Assembly: GCA_016748015.1 (NCBI GenBank) | Contig: JAAOMT010000040.1 | Coordinates: 62,001 to 126,000, forward strand | Reading direction: 5' to 3' | From: Geosiphon pyriformis uo1 | Lineage: Eukaryota; Fungi; Glomeromycota | DNA: 64,000 nt | Shown here: piece by piece, positions 52,601-64,000 of the stretch | Layout: every line of letters begins with the position of its first letter | Numbering within the stretch: position 1 is the stretch's first letter | Notes under the pieces: model-generated | The model's input: only the letters and a program-made list of their open reading frames with translations | Databases searched by the model: none | Told to the model about the DNA's origin: nothing | Translations under genes and position numbers: made by a program

Positions 52601-55600
52601 AACAACCAAACCAATGGCAAAAATAGGAGATTGAGTAGTAATGCCCTTAAACACAGAAAAATTGTTTCCACAAAGTACATTGAATAGACTATATGTTGAT
52701 GAAATCTTGGCAGACAGCAACTTAGAAAGAATTCTATGAGCAGTCTCAATTAAAGCGATCAGTTTAGTATTTGTTAAAACATCCTCTCACTTATAGGGCT
52801 TGGGAATTATTGATATCCAAGCTTCCTTTTAACAACAGGGAACTGACTCACACACCAAACAAATGTTCAGAAGATCCAGAAGCAAGCTTAGCACAGAACC
52901 ATCACAATGTTTCCAAAGTTCATTTAAAATGCCAAACAAGCCAGCAGCTTTACCATCTGGTAAATCCTTAATCATATGTATCAAGTTATCCAAACTGATA
53001 GCATTTATCACACCAGAAAAAGCATTATCATTAACATAATCCAATGGCAGATATTGATGCTGCCACAAATTAGGAACACTTTTTAGCATGGTCTTTTTTC
53101 TCATCCAGTCCTTCATTATACCATCCACCTTATTCTTAACTTCTACTGAATCCAAAAGCAAACCACCATCAGAAACCAAATAATCCAATACCACTTTGCA
53201 GAATGGACATTCCAAAACACTATGGATTGTGTGGTCTTTGTTAATCACAAAACTCTCTATTCTTCTTTTAATAGCTAATCTAATGCTTGACTTCTCGGCT
53301 TGCAAAGACTCAGCAAGCTTAGAGGCACGATAAGATCTTCTCACACCACAAAGAGCAGAATAGACACAATTCAAACTCACACCAGAACTTACAAGATCCC
53401 AAACAACAAAAGCTTTGTCACTATCTATAGAAACCCAACATCTTAACAGAGACTTAAACCTGTTAAAGTCTGTCTTGTAAGAAGTCTTAACAATTTTCGA
53501 AACCAAAATCTCCAAGTTATGTAACTTGAAAGATTTTTTGGTAAACACCCTATTATAACCTTTAAATCATTTCTTCTTGAAAGCACCATTAGCTGAAAAA
53601 ATCATCACTTTGTGAACAATATCTCACATAGCATCCAGATCAGAGAACTTCATGGCTGTCTCAAACTCGTCCAAGAACATGGCAGTATTGGCTGCAGTAG
53701 TATCCTTAAAATCACTCTATTTTGCTTTATCCGCACTTTTGACATCAAACTTCTAATGATTTTTATTTGCCTGCTTGCATATTAAACTCAAATGAGTATT
53801 AAGCAAACCACTCAGACCCACGAAAGCAGAAACAGCTTTGTGATTGGTATCAAAATAGTTCTCAACATCGGCCACACTACCATCCATTACAGCATTGACC
53901 AAACTTGAAAAAATAAGAATATAATTGAAAGCTTTAGTGATACCATGAGAATTGATCCATGTAGGCATCTTGACAAACTTCCCCTTAGAGAATTAACTAA
54001 ACCCAAATCAAAGCACTTCTTGAAGCTAGCACACTTTCGGGCCCTGTTTTCATTGAAATCACCACCCAAAATAATAAAAGAGAACTTATTTACTGTCTTT
54101 GCAATAAGAGAGTTGATTTTACCAGCCTGAGAGAACCAAACCACTGACAAAGCACCAGCATAGAGTCCCAAAATCAACACAGAAAGATTATTCTTGAAGA
54201 GTAGTTTGAGAGAGAGGAGTCAACCACAAACTTTGGAAACCTTATATATATGTCTTACCAAAGAATTGTCCATGATAATTGCAATACCAAAACCCAAATG
54301 ACTAGAGTCCAAACCAGAAGTGAAAACCTGGACACCATCAAATTTATTCATGATTCATGAGTGGATCTTGCTCCTCAACTTAGTCTCAGTAACAATAGAA
54401 ATCAAATTGTTTATCTCTTTATGCCAACAAATTACATTATCCTGTTTTGTAGGATTATTCATACCCCTAACATTACATGTGGCAATCTTCCAAACTAGAC
54501 TGGTCATTGAGAAGGAGGTTTGGAAAATACACTGCCAGCCAAAACTGAACTTTCAAATCTTGCTGTAAGACTTAGAACTGAAGCAAAAAGTCCTTCTAAC
54601 ATGTTTTCCAATCTTTTTACTTTAGGAGAAGCAGAAAAATCCAAAGTTGTAGCAGTTTTACCACTTGTGGCCTCACCCAAATCCTCTTTCATCACTATAT
54701 TACCCACCCGATCCTGTGATGAGGAGGTTACCAGCAGCTGACATCCAGGACTAGGCTGGAAAACTGTTAGCATAAATGAATCCAATCTCTTAGCCAACTC
54801 ACCAATTTGTCCTACAAGGCTGGCAAGACTGCTTTTCAAAACAGCAAACCTTTTTTCAACATCACTCATATCAGAAAGAGTAGGTTTCATCTCCAAAGAA
54901 GAGCCAAAATTGACTAATACTTTTTGCACAGAGAGAGGAAGAAAAACATTTCCACCAGCAATTTTTACCCAAAAAATCCCACCAAAAGCAACAGAACGAG
55001 CAATTGGAGCTAAACACTTGGCATAGATGGTTGCCAATCTGCTTTTATCTATGTCTGAGAAAGGTCTACGAGAAGGTTTCCCAGAAGAAAGATTCTCACC
55101 CACAGTACAGCCCAAAGATGTATGACCTATTTTCCCATACTCAACACATTTAGAAAAACCCAAAAGAGACCAATACATATTTACACCTCTTAAAACTGGA
55201 TTAGTTCTCATAACAGCATTCAAGAAATTGGCCGATTCAAAACAAACAACAGCATATCTGGCCTGAGCATATATAATAGAATGATGATTTATTGTATATG
55301 TTTTTCCACTCACAGAGCCAATATAATTCCAGATGTCATAAGCAGTCATTTCTATTGGCAGAGTATAAAGCAAAGCCCTATGTTGATTTCTCGTGTTCCA
55401 TAATTCCTTGTCTTGATCAGTTCTGGCCACATGCATAGCATTCTTCCCAATCAGAATAGACCAACAAGCTGTGACTAAATCAGCCTGTTCACTCTTACTA
55501 AATTTAACTATAGCCTTTTGCTACAAACCCACCAACTGTATTTTGATTGACACCACCACACCAAAACCAGATAGTGCAGTGCACACAGCTTCAGTTGATG

Positions 55601-56449
55601 TTTCAACAGAAATTTTTTTTAAAACCACAGTCTAATCTGAATGCCCAGATGATTTTTTAAGATCAGAGTTTACTAAGATCTTTGTCTCTTCAGCTTTTTT
55701 AGAAGCCTGTGCCAAACTCAATTCAGAAGTGAATATTGCTCTGATGATCCCAGCAAATTTTGAGGGGGTAGAAGTCCCCCCAAAACCATTGATTTTTGAA
55801 AACAACTTCCTGACTGCTACAAGTTTTTCTTGAGCAGATTTCTTAACAACATTGTCCAAACTGATATCCAAAGTAAAAGATTTCCTAACAGAAACATTGA
55901 CCAAGTTTTTCAAAAGAGAAGAGAGAACTACAAGTTTGTTTAACAGTATGTTATCATTATCATTGTTCAAGAAGTTAATTTTCTCCAGCAGCTTTCTCAG
56001 TACTCTTTTGGTAATAGTTTTTGAACTTTTAGGCATTTGTTCCAAATTCTTTCCAGTGAAAGCTCTATTATCTTCACAATCAAAGCTGGTTTCTTCAACC
56101 AAACACTTTTCCTCCATGTCCATACTATCAGACTCAATGGTATCACTGGTCTCAGAACTCCAAGAACGACTATTTGACACTTTAGTAGTAGGGAATTTTC
56201 AATTACCAATGTTATCCTCCAAAGCACCATCTCTTTTTTTCTTCTTAGGTTTAGTTGACTTGACACCAATGTTGAAACTAAGTTCCATAATAAACTTGTT
56301 CAGAACAGCAATACTAGGATCAATGGTGGTTTTATAATCAAGCAAAAATGATTTAGATTTAGCATGCTGAATGGTGAAAAACTTCTTTCAGAAAAAAATT
56401 TTTGGCTTTTTTTTTGGGGGATTTGGGATGTACGAAAAAAAAAAGTTTT
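49695..56449 (-). mobile_element. Full-length LINE copy D
   Basis: Target-site duplication TTAATAGTATTAT at 49682-49694 and 56450-56462. ORF1 ~56330-54504, ORF2 54507-49829 (AFVDDT, WHKVKKHSGVIGNECADEL, CLHCGEVESSDHFFVC). One frameshift near 53970. Confidence 0.95.
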
Positions 56450-56950
56450 TTAATAGTATTATAATTGTTAATTTTATGTTTTTTTAATATTAGTTTGTAT
56501 ATAGTTTTATATAAGAAATTTATTTTTGAGAATTAATTAATAAAAACCAAAATAACTTTTAATAATATTAAACCTATTATATTAAAGTTAATTAATTTTA
56601 TGTAGAAGTTAATTATTAGCCATAAAAATTATATATAATTATTTAATTCAAAGTTACAAATAATAATAAAATAAGAAAAAATTTTTAACAGTAATATTAT
56701 ATAATATTGTATATTTGTTACGAATAATTAAAAGTTATACTATTAATTTTGAATTAAAAATTAATTATGTATTTTTTTTTGGTATAGTTATTAATATATT
56801 AGTTAATATAGTTATATAATATTGTTTTAACTGATTGAATAACTAGTTACATATAAAAAATATGTAAATTATATTTAATTTAGAATTCTAAATAGTTGTA
56901 TTGTATTAAATAATAATAAAATTTTACTTATTAAATAAATAAATAAATAA
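56450..56950 (+). mobile_element. Old host LINE, segment 4 (decayed ORF2 C-terminus, 3' UTR, TAAA tail)
   Basis: LYIVLYKKFIFEN and ...FFGIVINILVNIVI*, then a decayed 3' UTR (ACTAGTTACATATA...GTTGTATTGTA...TTACTTATTAAATAAATAAATAA). Confidence 0.75.
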
Positions 56951-57599
56951 AAAACCAATATATCTAAAATTATAATTAAGCAATTGTAAAATTATTAATT
57001 ATAATTTGATTAAAAAAAATAGTTTTAATAAATTGTATTAATTTTAAGTAATAAAATTATTATTCTATTATAAAATACATTTTTTTAAAAATATAAATTT
57101 TTTTTATACAGTTTTTTTTGAAATTATTATTTTATGTTTTAAGAATTTTTTTGTTAAAATATTGGTAAATTTTTTTAAATTTTAGTAAATTATTTATTAT
57201 TTTGGTAAATTTTTACAAATTTCAATTTAACTGATTAAACTTTATTTAAATTACTTAAAATCTATAAATTTTAGCTTGAATTGGTTAAAATTTGTCTATA
57301 CTACTTGAATTTTAGCTTAAACTGCTTGAACTTTTTATTGTTATATCTTTTTGAATTCTGCATAATTTAATTATAATATTGGTTACACTTGTGGATTAAT
57401 GCAAATTATTTGTTTTAATTGATGTGAAATTTGGAACATTGTGCTAATAATAATTAAATAATTTAATTTGTGAAATGTTAGGTTAATAATAAGAATTTAA
57501 GGATAATTTCATAATAATTTCTGATTTAAATTTTGATTGGCAATACTGTCTTTACTAAAAAAGCTTGCAATAATGGTTACTTTTTTTTTCTTTTGTTTT

Positions 57600-58030
57600 A
57601 GTTATGAACATAAAATCGATAAAGTTTGAGATGGAGAACACTGATGAGTATGTGTTTGAAATATAGCAATATTATAATTTTCCAAAAGTTTGTTGGGGCA
57701 CTGCCATGAAAAACATGCCCAAAACATGAGCGAATCACTATAGTTTATTGTTAAAGCAATGAGATTCTTCTCCAAACATGACTTTTGAAATGGATTCATT
57801 AGTATACAATACTTTTTTCCAATTGTCCATTGCCCATTGCCCATTCATTTCGTTCCAAAGCCCCATTTGGTCTTGTGAATTTACTGAAATGAATGGTTTT
57901 TTCTTTGAATGGCAAGAATGAATATTTTCTTTATAAAGAGCTCGTCGGATGATACGCTCTGAAATTTTTTGTTCATTATTAAGTGTAATAAACATTTTTA
58001 ATCATTTCATTAAGTTTTGGCGCCGAGAAT
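57600..58030 (-). mobile_element. Tc1/mariner transposase fragment with internal deletions
   Basis: ISERIIRRALYKENIHSCHSKKKPFIS, W...NWKKVLYTNES (first catalytic D region) and SLMFWACFSW. Confidence 0.75.
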
Positions 58031-58325
58031 CTTGTTTTTACGATTAGTAAGCTGATTGAATTAATGGGCTGTAAAAATACGTGTTATGGCTGAATGCAAT
58101 TTATATTTTTGTTGATCGAGCATTTTTGTGTTCTGATTCCTCTTTTTTTTGTTTGGGTAAAATCTTAAAAATTATATTTAAATATTTAAAAACTATAATT
58201 CACGCGATTTCTTAATAATCTGTCCCCTCCCGGTATATCAATAATTTTATTAGTAATAATAGTTTCTTTACAATCAAGTAAATAATTTATTGTATAAATT
58301 TTTTTTTAAAATCATGTGTAATGTA

Positions 58326-58370
58326 AAAAGGGGGTATTTTGGCAAATGGAGGGCCAAAATACCCCCTTTT
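58326..58370. repeat. Perfect 18-bp inverted repeat with 9-bp spacer
   Basis: AAAAGGGGGTATTTTGGC-aaatggagg-GCCAAAATACCCCCTTTT. Confidence 0.9.
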
Positions 58371-59170
58371 ACCTTGTATAATTACATAATTTGTAAAAAT
58401 TTTTAATAAAAAAACAAATAATTTTATTTTATTTTTTAATCGTGTTAAACAATTTAATTATTATTCATTATTGTTGTTTGTTATTTTTATTAATAAGAGA
58501 TTTTGATAAATACCTATATTTTTAGCTAGCTAATTTTTCAAAGAATAAGTAGACTCTTAATAAATAGCGAGTCAGACAACCATTGAATTAATGAGATTTC
58601 TATTCCAGGCAAGTTCAATTATAAATATTGATTCAAGCGAATCTTGCGAGATTTTTACCTGTAATCCTGAACCAGGCAAAAAAGCTTTTCGTGCATAGAC
58701 ATCATCAGTCCTGACCGCGATCCCAACCTCTTAAAACTAGTAACGGTTAAAAATATTCCTGAAATGAATTCATAACCATATGTTTTACTGAATAAAATTG
58801 ATTTGGGTGTTGACATGACCAAGCCAGTAAATGATAAAAGCTTTGTTACAAGACCACGAGGACTAAGATGAGAAATAACATATTCTGTGGCTTACGACGT
58901 CACGCGTCGCCACGTGATGAGAGATATTTATTCATAATTGAATAAAAGATCGAGTTACATCACAAAATTGGCAAGCGATTTTGATCCTTTCAAATGAGAG
59001 CGCCAACATACGACTTGGAATCGATTAAAACCACTGCTAAAATATGACAAATCCAGATTCATAAAAAAAAAAAAAGGAATATTTGAGGTCACCCTCAAAA
59101 CATAATTACTAAATATAATTCAGATTAGTGATAAATTTTTGCTCCCTGGTGCGTCCATAGCCATTGAATC

Positions 59171-60140
59171 TCAAACGTTGACGTTGGTATTGACAGCACC
59201 TTGATTTCGTCGCAATATTTGGGTTGGCTGTTTTTTTTGTTCAATAAGCTCATTTGGTTCTAAAGAAAGTGTCGATTTTCGAATTTCTCTTTGTTGAGTG
59301 GTAAAAGTTGGCGATAATAAAGACACCTTGTGATTATTGGTAGTTTCTCGTGCCACAGATTTAGCAGCGCTTTTTTTCAAAATTTCTTTTTCTTTATCTC
59401 CTTGACTAATAATAACAGTGCCCTCTAGACTGGAATTAAACAATTTCTTTCCCTTATCCTGAGATGAGTCATAATGACTTCTTCCTTGATCACTGTTCTT
59501 TCCTTTGGTCTTTTTCGGTGAATTAATAGCAAGACTCTTGTCATTTATATCTCGATTTGTCCCAAAAATTTTTTGCCGCGCAGCGTAATAATCAGCCTCA
59601 CGCTTTTCCAAAGATCTTTCTGAGGGATCTAAATGTGATTGAGTTCTCCTCATCGAGTCCGACTCTTTTGGTCGTTTTAATACCTGGAGCTTGTATGAAA
59701 CAGTTCGATGAGGTAGACTCGATTAGGAATAAAATATCTCTTAGAGTAGCAAAGAATAGAGAGTTTCGTTAAAACCTACCTCTGGAACATAAGTTGTTCG
59801 TGCCGTATCAGTTCTTATGATTATAGGTTGAACATGGGTATTTCTAAGTACAAAAAGAAAATAGGTGGAAATCAACTTGAATTTAGCGCGATAAAAAGAA
59901 GTCTAAATATATATACATACGCCTCATTCCAAATTTGCTTGTTCTTAGAATGCTCGTCTACAATTTTTATAGGTTTTGGGTCAAACTGAGTATTGATTAC
60001 AAAGAGTATGGTTTGAAAGAAAGGGTGAAAACGAAATAAACCAAATGATGAGAGTAATAGCCACATATTAATGTGATATAGAAATTTACCCCAGCATCTG
60101 CTGCTGCTTCCCAGTCATCCCATGGATCTTCGTGAGCCAT
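59171..60140 (-). CDS. SUZ-domain RNA-binding protein (SZRD1-like), 4 exons
   Basis: Exons 60140-60090 (MAHEDPWDDWEAAADAG), 59985-59921, 59843-59780 and 59689-59171 join in frame. SUZ motifs VLKRP and SLEKREADYYAARQKIFG. Confidence 0.88.
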
Positions 60141-60999
60141 AACTTATATTAGGGTTGTAATTTTTTAGAGAAAGAGAGAGAGAGGGGTAAAGTATTATGA
60201 TGAAGAAACCGATACTTAATGGTTAGTAAAAGCAAGAGATTGCCTTGTTAGCCAGCGTGATTATTTGTACACACTTTTTTTTCGGCTAAATTCATCAATA
60301 AATGTATGTATCAATTCTAAAAATTTCTAAAAATTAATTGTAATAGTAATAAAAAAGTTTTTACTTGAAATCAGAAAATCAATTATTAAAGTTGTTTTTA
60401 ATTTAAAAAAATAATGATGTTATAAAGAAAATTTTAATTAATTTTTCAAAATTATTTAACATATGTTACAAATATATTAGTTTAATTGAACAAAAAAAAA
60501 CAAATTAACCCAAAATATGTATTTTCAAATAAATTTTAAAATAAAGAATTTATAAGTAAAAATTATATTAAAAACAACAAAAATATTAATAATAGAAAAA
60601 AAACCTAAAAATTAAATTTTTAATTATAAACAATATTGATATTTAAAATATTTTATTAAATTTAAAATTTAATAAAAAAAACCAATAAAAATAAGATTAT
60701 TTTTAAAGTTTAAAATTTATATATATATATATTCAATACATATTATATATAATTAATATAAAAAAACCTTAAATTTAAAAATTTTACTTGATTAAAATTT
60801 TTTAAATTATTATTAAAAACAATAAATTAGTTATAACAGTTATAATTAATGTAAAATAATAAAATTATTATTATTAAAAAAAATCAATAGTAATAATAAA
60901 ATTTATTTTTTAATATTAATTAATTTAAAAGTTTTATTAAGAAATAAATGAATTTTAGCATTCTTCCTTTGCGATATAGTTGGTTTAGAAAAGTTTAGA

Positions 61000-61275
61000 T
61001 TTTTTTTTTATATTTAACGAGTGAAGCCCATCCCTTATCTAGTACAATACAACAACTACGTGTTCCAAACTAGACGCAGATCACGCACTTACTACATATG
61101 ACTAGCCACTCGGGCTGATCAAGGCAACACTATGAATCTATTCTTACATTAACAACATCTCCGACACCAGAGTAAAAAGAACACGGCAAGCGCGTTCTAA
61201 AAAGCACACCGAACGCTTCATAGACACCCAGCAAATGTACCGTCCCATCCGACAGTGAGACAGACAAACCACGAA
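61000..61275 (-). mobile_element. Very short 5'-truncated LINE copy E (last 47 codons of ORF2, 3' UTR, A-rich tail)
   Basis: RGLSVSLSDGTVHLLGVYEAFGVLFRTRLPCSFYSGVGDVVNVRIDS* (stop 61132-61130) followed by the family 3' UTR. CpG-rich. Confidence 0.92.
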
Positions 61276-62111
61276 AAAAATTATAGACTGTATATATAAT
61301 TTATATAATTACAATTAATTGTAACTTATATAATATAATAAAAAATCCAACATAATATAATTTTAAAAATATTTTAACAAAATATTAATAAATTTAAAAA
61401 TAAAGAAAATTATTTATTATATAAATTGTAATTAATTATTTAAAATTATAATTATGTAAAAATTAACAATTATTAAATTTTTTTTCTCTTATATTTTTAT
61501 AATTATAACCAGAATTAAAAATAAAAGAGTTGTAATTCCTTTATTTTCTAAAGCATTTGGTGATATTTTTTTTTATTAATATAATACTTATAATTGTTAA
61601 AACTGCTTAATAGTATTTTATAAAAGTATTTCTTTTAAGTAATATAAAAATAAACCAGTTTTTGCTAATTTTAAACCACTATTTTTGAGTTTAAGTAAAA
61701 GTTTTTTTTATTTAAAGTTTTTTTTTAAGCAATTAATTAAGGCCAGTTCTAATATAATTGTTATTATTGTAAAGAATTTTAGAATTTTTAATAGTAAGCC
61801 AATAATAAAACTATTTTTTCTTTACCATTTTTTTATTTTTGCTTAAATAACCAAAAAAATCTGAAAAACAAAAAAACAAACTTTTCTTTTTCTTTTTTTT
61901 AAAGCAATTAATTTCTTTAAAATACTTAAAAAAAAAATTTTTTTTGATGTTTTTTAAAGTATTACTTGTTTTTTAAAGTTTGTTTCTTCTTTTATAAAAA
62001 GTAAAACATTGATTTTATTTAGTTTTTTTAATATTTTTACCAGTTTTATATAATAACTTTGATTATAATACTTAATTTAAATTTAACTATAAACAATACT
62101 ACTTTTTTTAA

Positions 62112-62153
<42 letters not shown>
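62112..62153. repeat. (TAA)n microsatellite, ~14 units
   Basis: Uninterrupted AAT run. Possibly the tail of a fully decayed LINE. Confidence 0.9.
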
Positions 62154-62154
<1 letters not shown>

Positions 62155-64000
62155 GTAACATATTTATTAAAATTAGTACATGACTAAATTGTTTATTATA
62201 TTAAATTTTGGCTAATATTTACCAATTTTAAAACCAAACCAAATTGTGTTTTTGTATATAATTTTAATTAATTTATTAAATTATTTAATCTTAAAAATTA
62301 AATAAATTAAATAAAAACTAAAGTATTTTTTTTGTTTTTTAATAATATTAATTTTGGTAGTATTTAGAAAACTATTAATAATTATTAAAAAAATTTTAAA
62401 TAAATAATTTTTGTTTTAATATTTAATATTTTTTTTAAAATTAAAGTGACTTTTATTAAAATTATTTTTTAATTTGTGCATAATTTTATTAATTTAAAAT
62501 TAATTTTTAAAAACAATATTAAACAATATTATATAAAATTTGCTTTTTAAATTTTTTTAAATTTTGTTAATTAAATTATGATTGTTAATTTTTAATTTTT
62601 ATTACTTTAAAGATTGTTAAATTTTTTGTAATGTTTATTATTATTGTTATTTTTATTATTGTTTATATAATGTTTTTTTACATTTTTGTTAATAATATTG
62701 TAAATACTTTAAGTATTTTTGGTAAAATTTTCAAGATTAATTTGAATTTTATTAGTTAATAACAATATATTATTTTGTATTTTAAAAGTTTTAAAGCTAT
62801 TAAAACAATTTTTGCTTGTTAATTGATTTTAATAATAAAAAATTGTATTAAAATATATTTTTTAATTAGAAAAAAATTATTATTTTTTATAATATATTTA
62901 AGATTAAATTAATTAATTTTTTTTCTAATTATATTGTATTTAAGATTAATAAATTAAATTTTTAGATTTATAATCACACTTGTTTTATTTTTTATTTTTT
63001 TTACGTTTTTTTAATAATTAAGATATACTAGTATTATTATTATTATTATTTTTGGTTTTTAAAAGAATTTAAATATTAAAAATTATTAAAATTAATACTT
63101 TAAAAAAGAATTATATTTTAAAAAAATTTTAATTATTAATATTGTTTCAAAATATTAAGATTTAAGTTATTTGACTTTAAATTACAAAGCATTTTTATTT
63201 TTATTTTTAAAATTTTTGCTTAAATTTGTAATTAGTTTTAAAATAGAAATAAAATACAACTTAAAATAAAATAAAATAAAATAAAATTTTTTGATTTTAA
63301 TTTAAGTAAGAAAATAATTAATTTTAAGATAGAAATAAAATACAACTTAAAATAATACTTAAAATAATATATAAATTAAAATCATTAAAAACATATTTTT
63401 AAATAAAAAAACTTTTATTAAAATAATAATACTATAAAAATTAAATACAATCTAATATTAGATTTAATCTTTAAAAAACTGTTAATTAAATAGATAACTT
63501 GATTAAAAATAATTATATTTTTTAAAAGTATATGCATAAAATAACTGCTTAATATATAGGTTTTTTTTTAATAAATTCAGAATAATATAGTTTTAATTAA
63601 CTTAATTCAACTGGTTATATATAGCCAAAGGATAAATTACATCTTTTTTATAATATTTTTTTATTGTATGATTTGAAATAATGATTAGATTACACTTTAT
63701 TATAATATAATATAATATAATATAATATAACAATAAAAAATGATAAAAATAATGATAAAAATTATACCATAAGCAATTTAAAAATAAAAACAAAAACATA
63801 TTAATTATTTAAAAAGTAACTAATTTAATAAATAATGTTTATTTGTTTATTTAATTTAGACAAAAAAAAAGGAAAAAAATCCTATTTTACCAATACCGAA
63901 GCCACAAATGCCCAGTAAAGTGGCACTCAGATATTAATATAGTAACTGAAAATTGACACAAACCAAACCACTTATAAATCATGACAACATGCTTCAAATT

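Noticed and set aside
57160-57340. Weak ~21-nt periodic repeat
   Set aside because: Probably a decayed coiled-coil coding relic, too degenerate to assign.
58670-58730. Minimal hammerhead ribozyme on the minus strand (CTGATGA...GAAA-AGCT-TT)
   Set aside because: The core words are present, but stems I and II cannot pair convincingly and there is no Penelope-like element nearby.
63243-63356. Short direct repeat ATAGAAATAAAATACAACTTAAAATAA x2
   Set aside because: Low-complexity local duplication with no associated element.
1-64000. Numerous short K/N/I/L/F-rich ORFs and ORFs antisense to LINEs or genes
   Set aside because: Compositional artefacts of AT-decayed repeats or shadow frames of real coding sequence.

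Overview
Eukaryotic nuclear DNA from an AT-rich fungus. The short GT-AG introns, the gene set and the transposon families fit Glomeromycota/Mucoromycota; the LINE proteins resemble those I associate with Geosiphon-type genomes, which is an unverified inference. Two CpG-retaining gene islands are present. The first (~2.3-14 kb) holds mitochondrial citrate synthase, an ERF4/Golgin-A7 gene, TIM44 and an uncharacterised gene with SIM-like motifs. The second (~58.5-60.3 kb) holds a SUZ-domain gene. The rest is a graveyard of one non-LTR retrotransposon family (ORF1 RRM/CCHC; ORF2 APE-RT-RNase H-CCHC) at several stages of decay, plus MULE, hAT and Tc1 relics. Main observations: (1) three full-length LINEs, each with its own target-site duplication at a TT|A site, are nested in one older, almost fully AT-converted copy of the same family; (2) repeats decay almost only by C>T/G>A transitions, including non-CpG sites, with few indels (RIP-like), and a ~270-bp copy has largely escaped; (3) the LINEs share an ATGA stop/start ORF1-ORF2 junction and a structured, possibly pseudoknotted 3' UTR; (4) the ERF4 gene has a U12-type 5' splice site; (5) a tandem structured RNA or C/D snoRNA candidate lies in an intron at 6.4-6.8 kb. 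All alignments and counts were made by eye.
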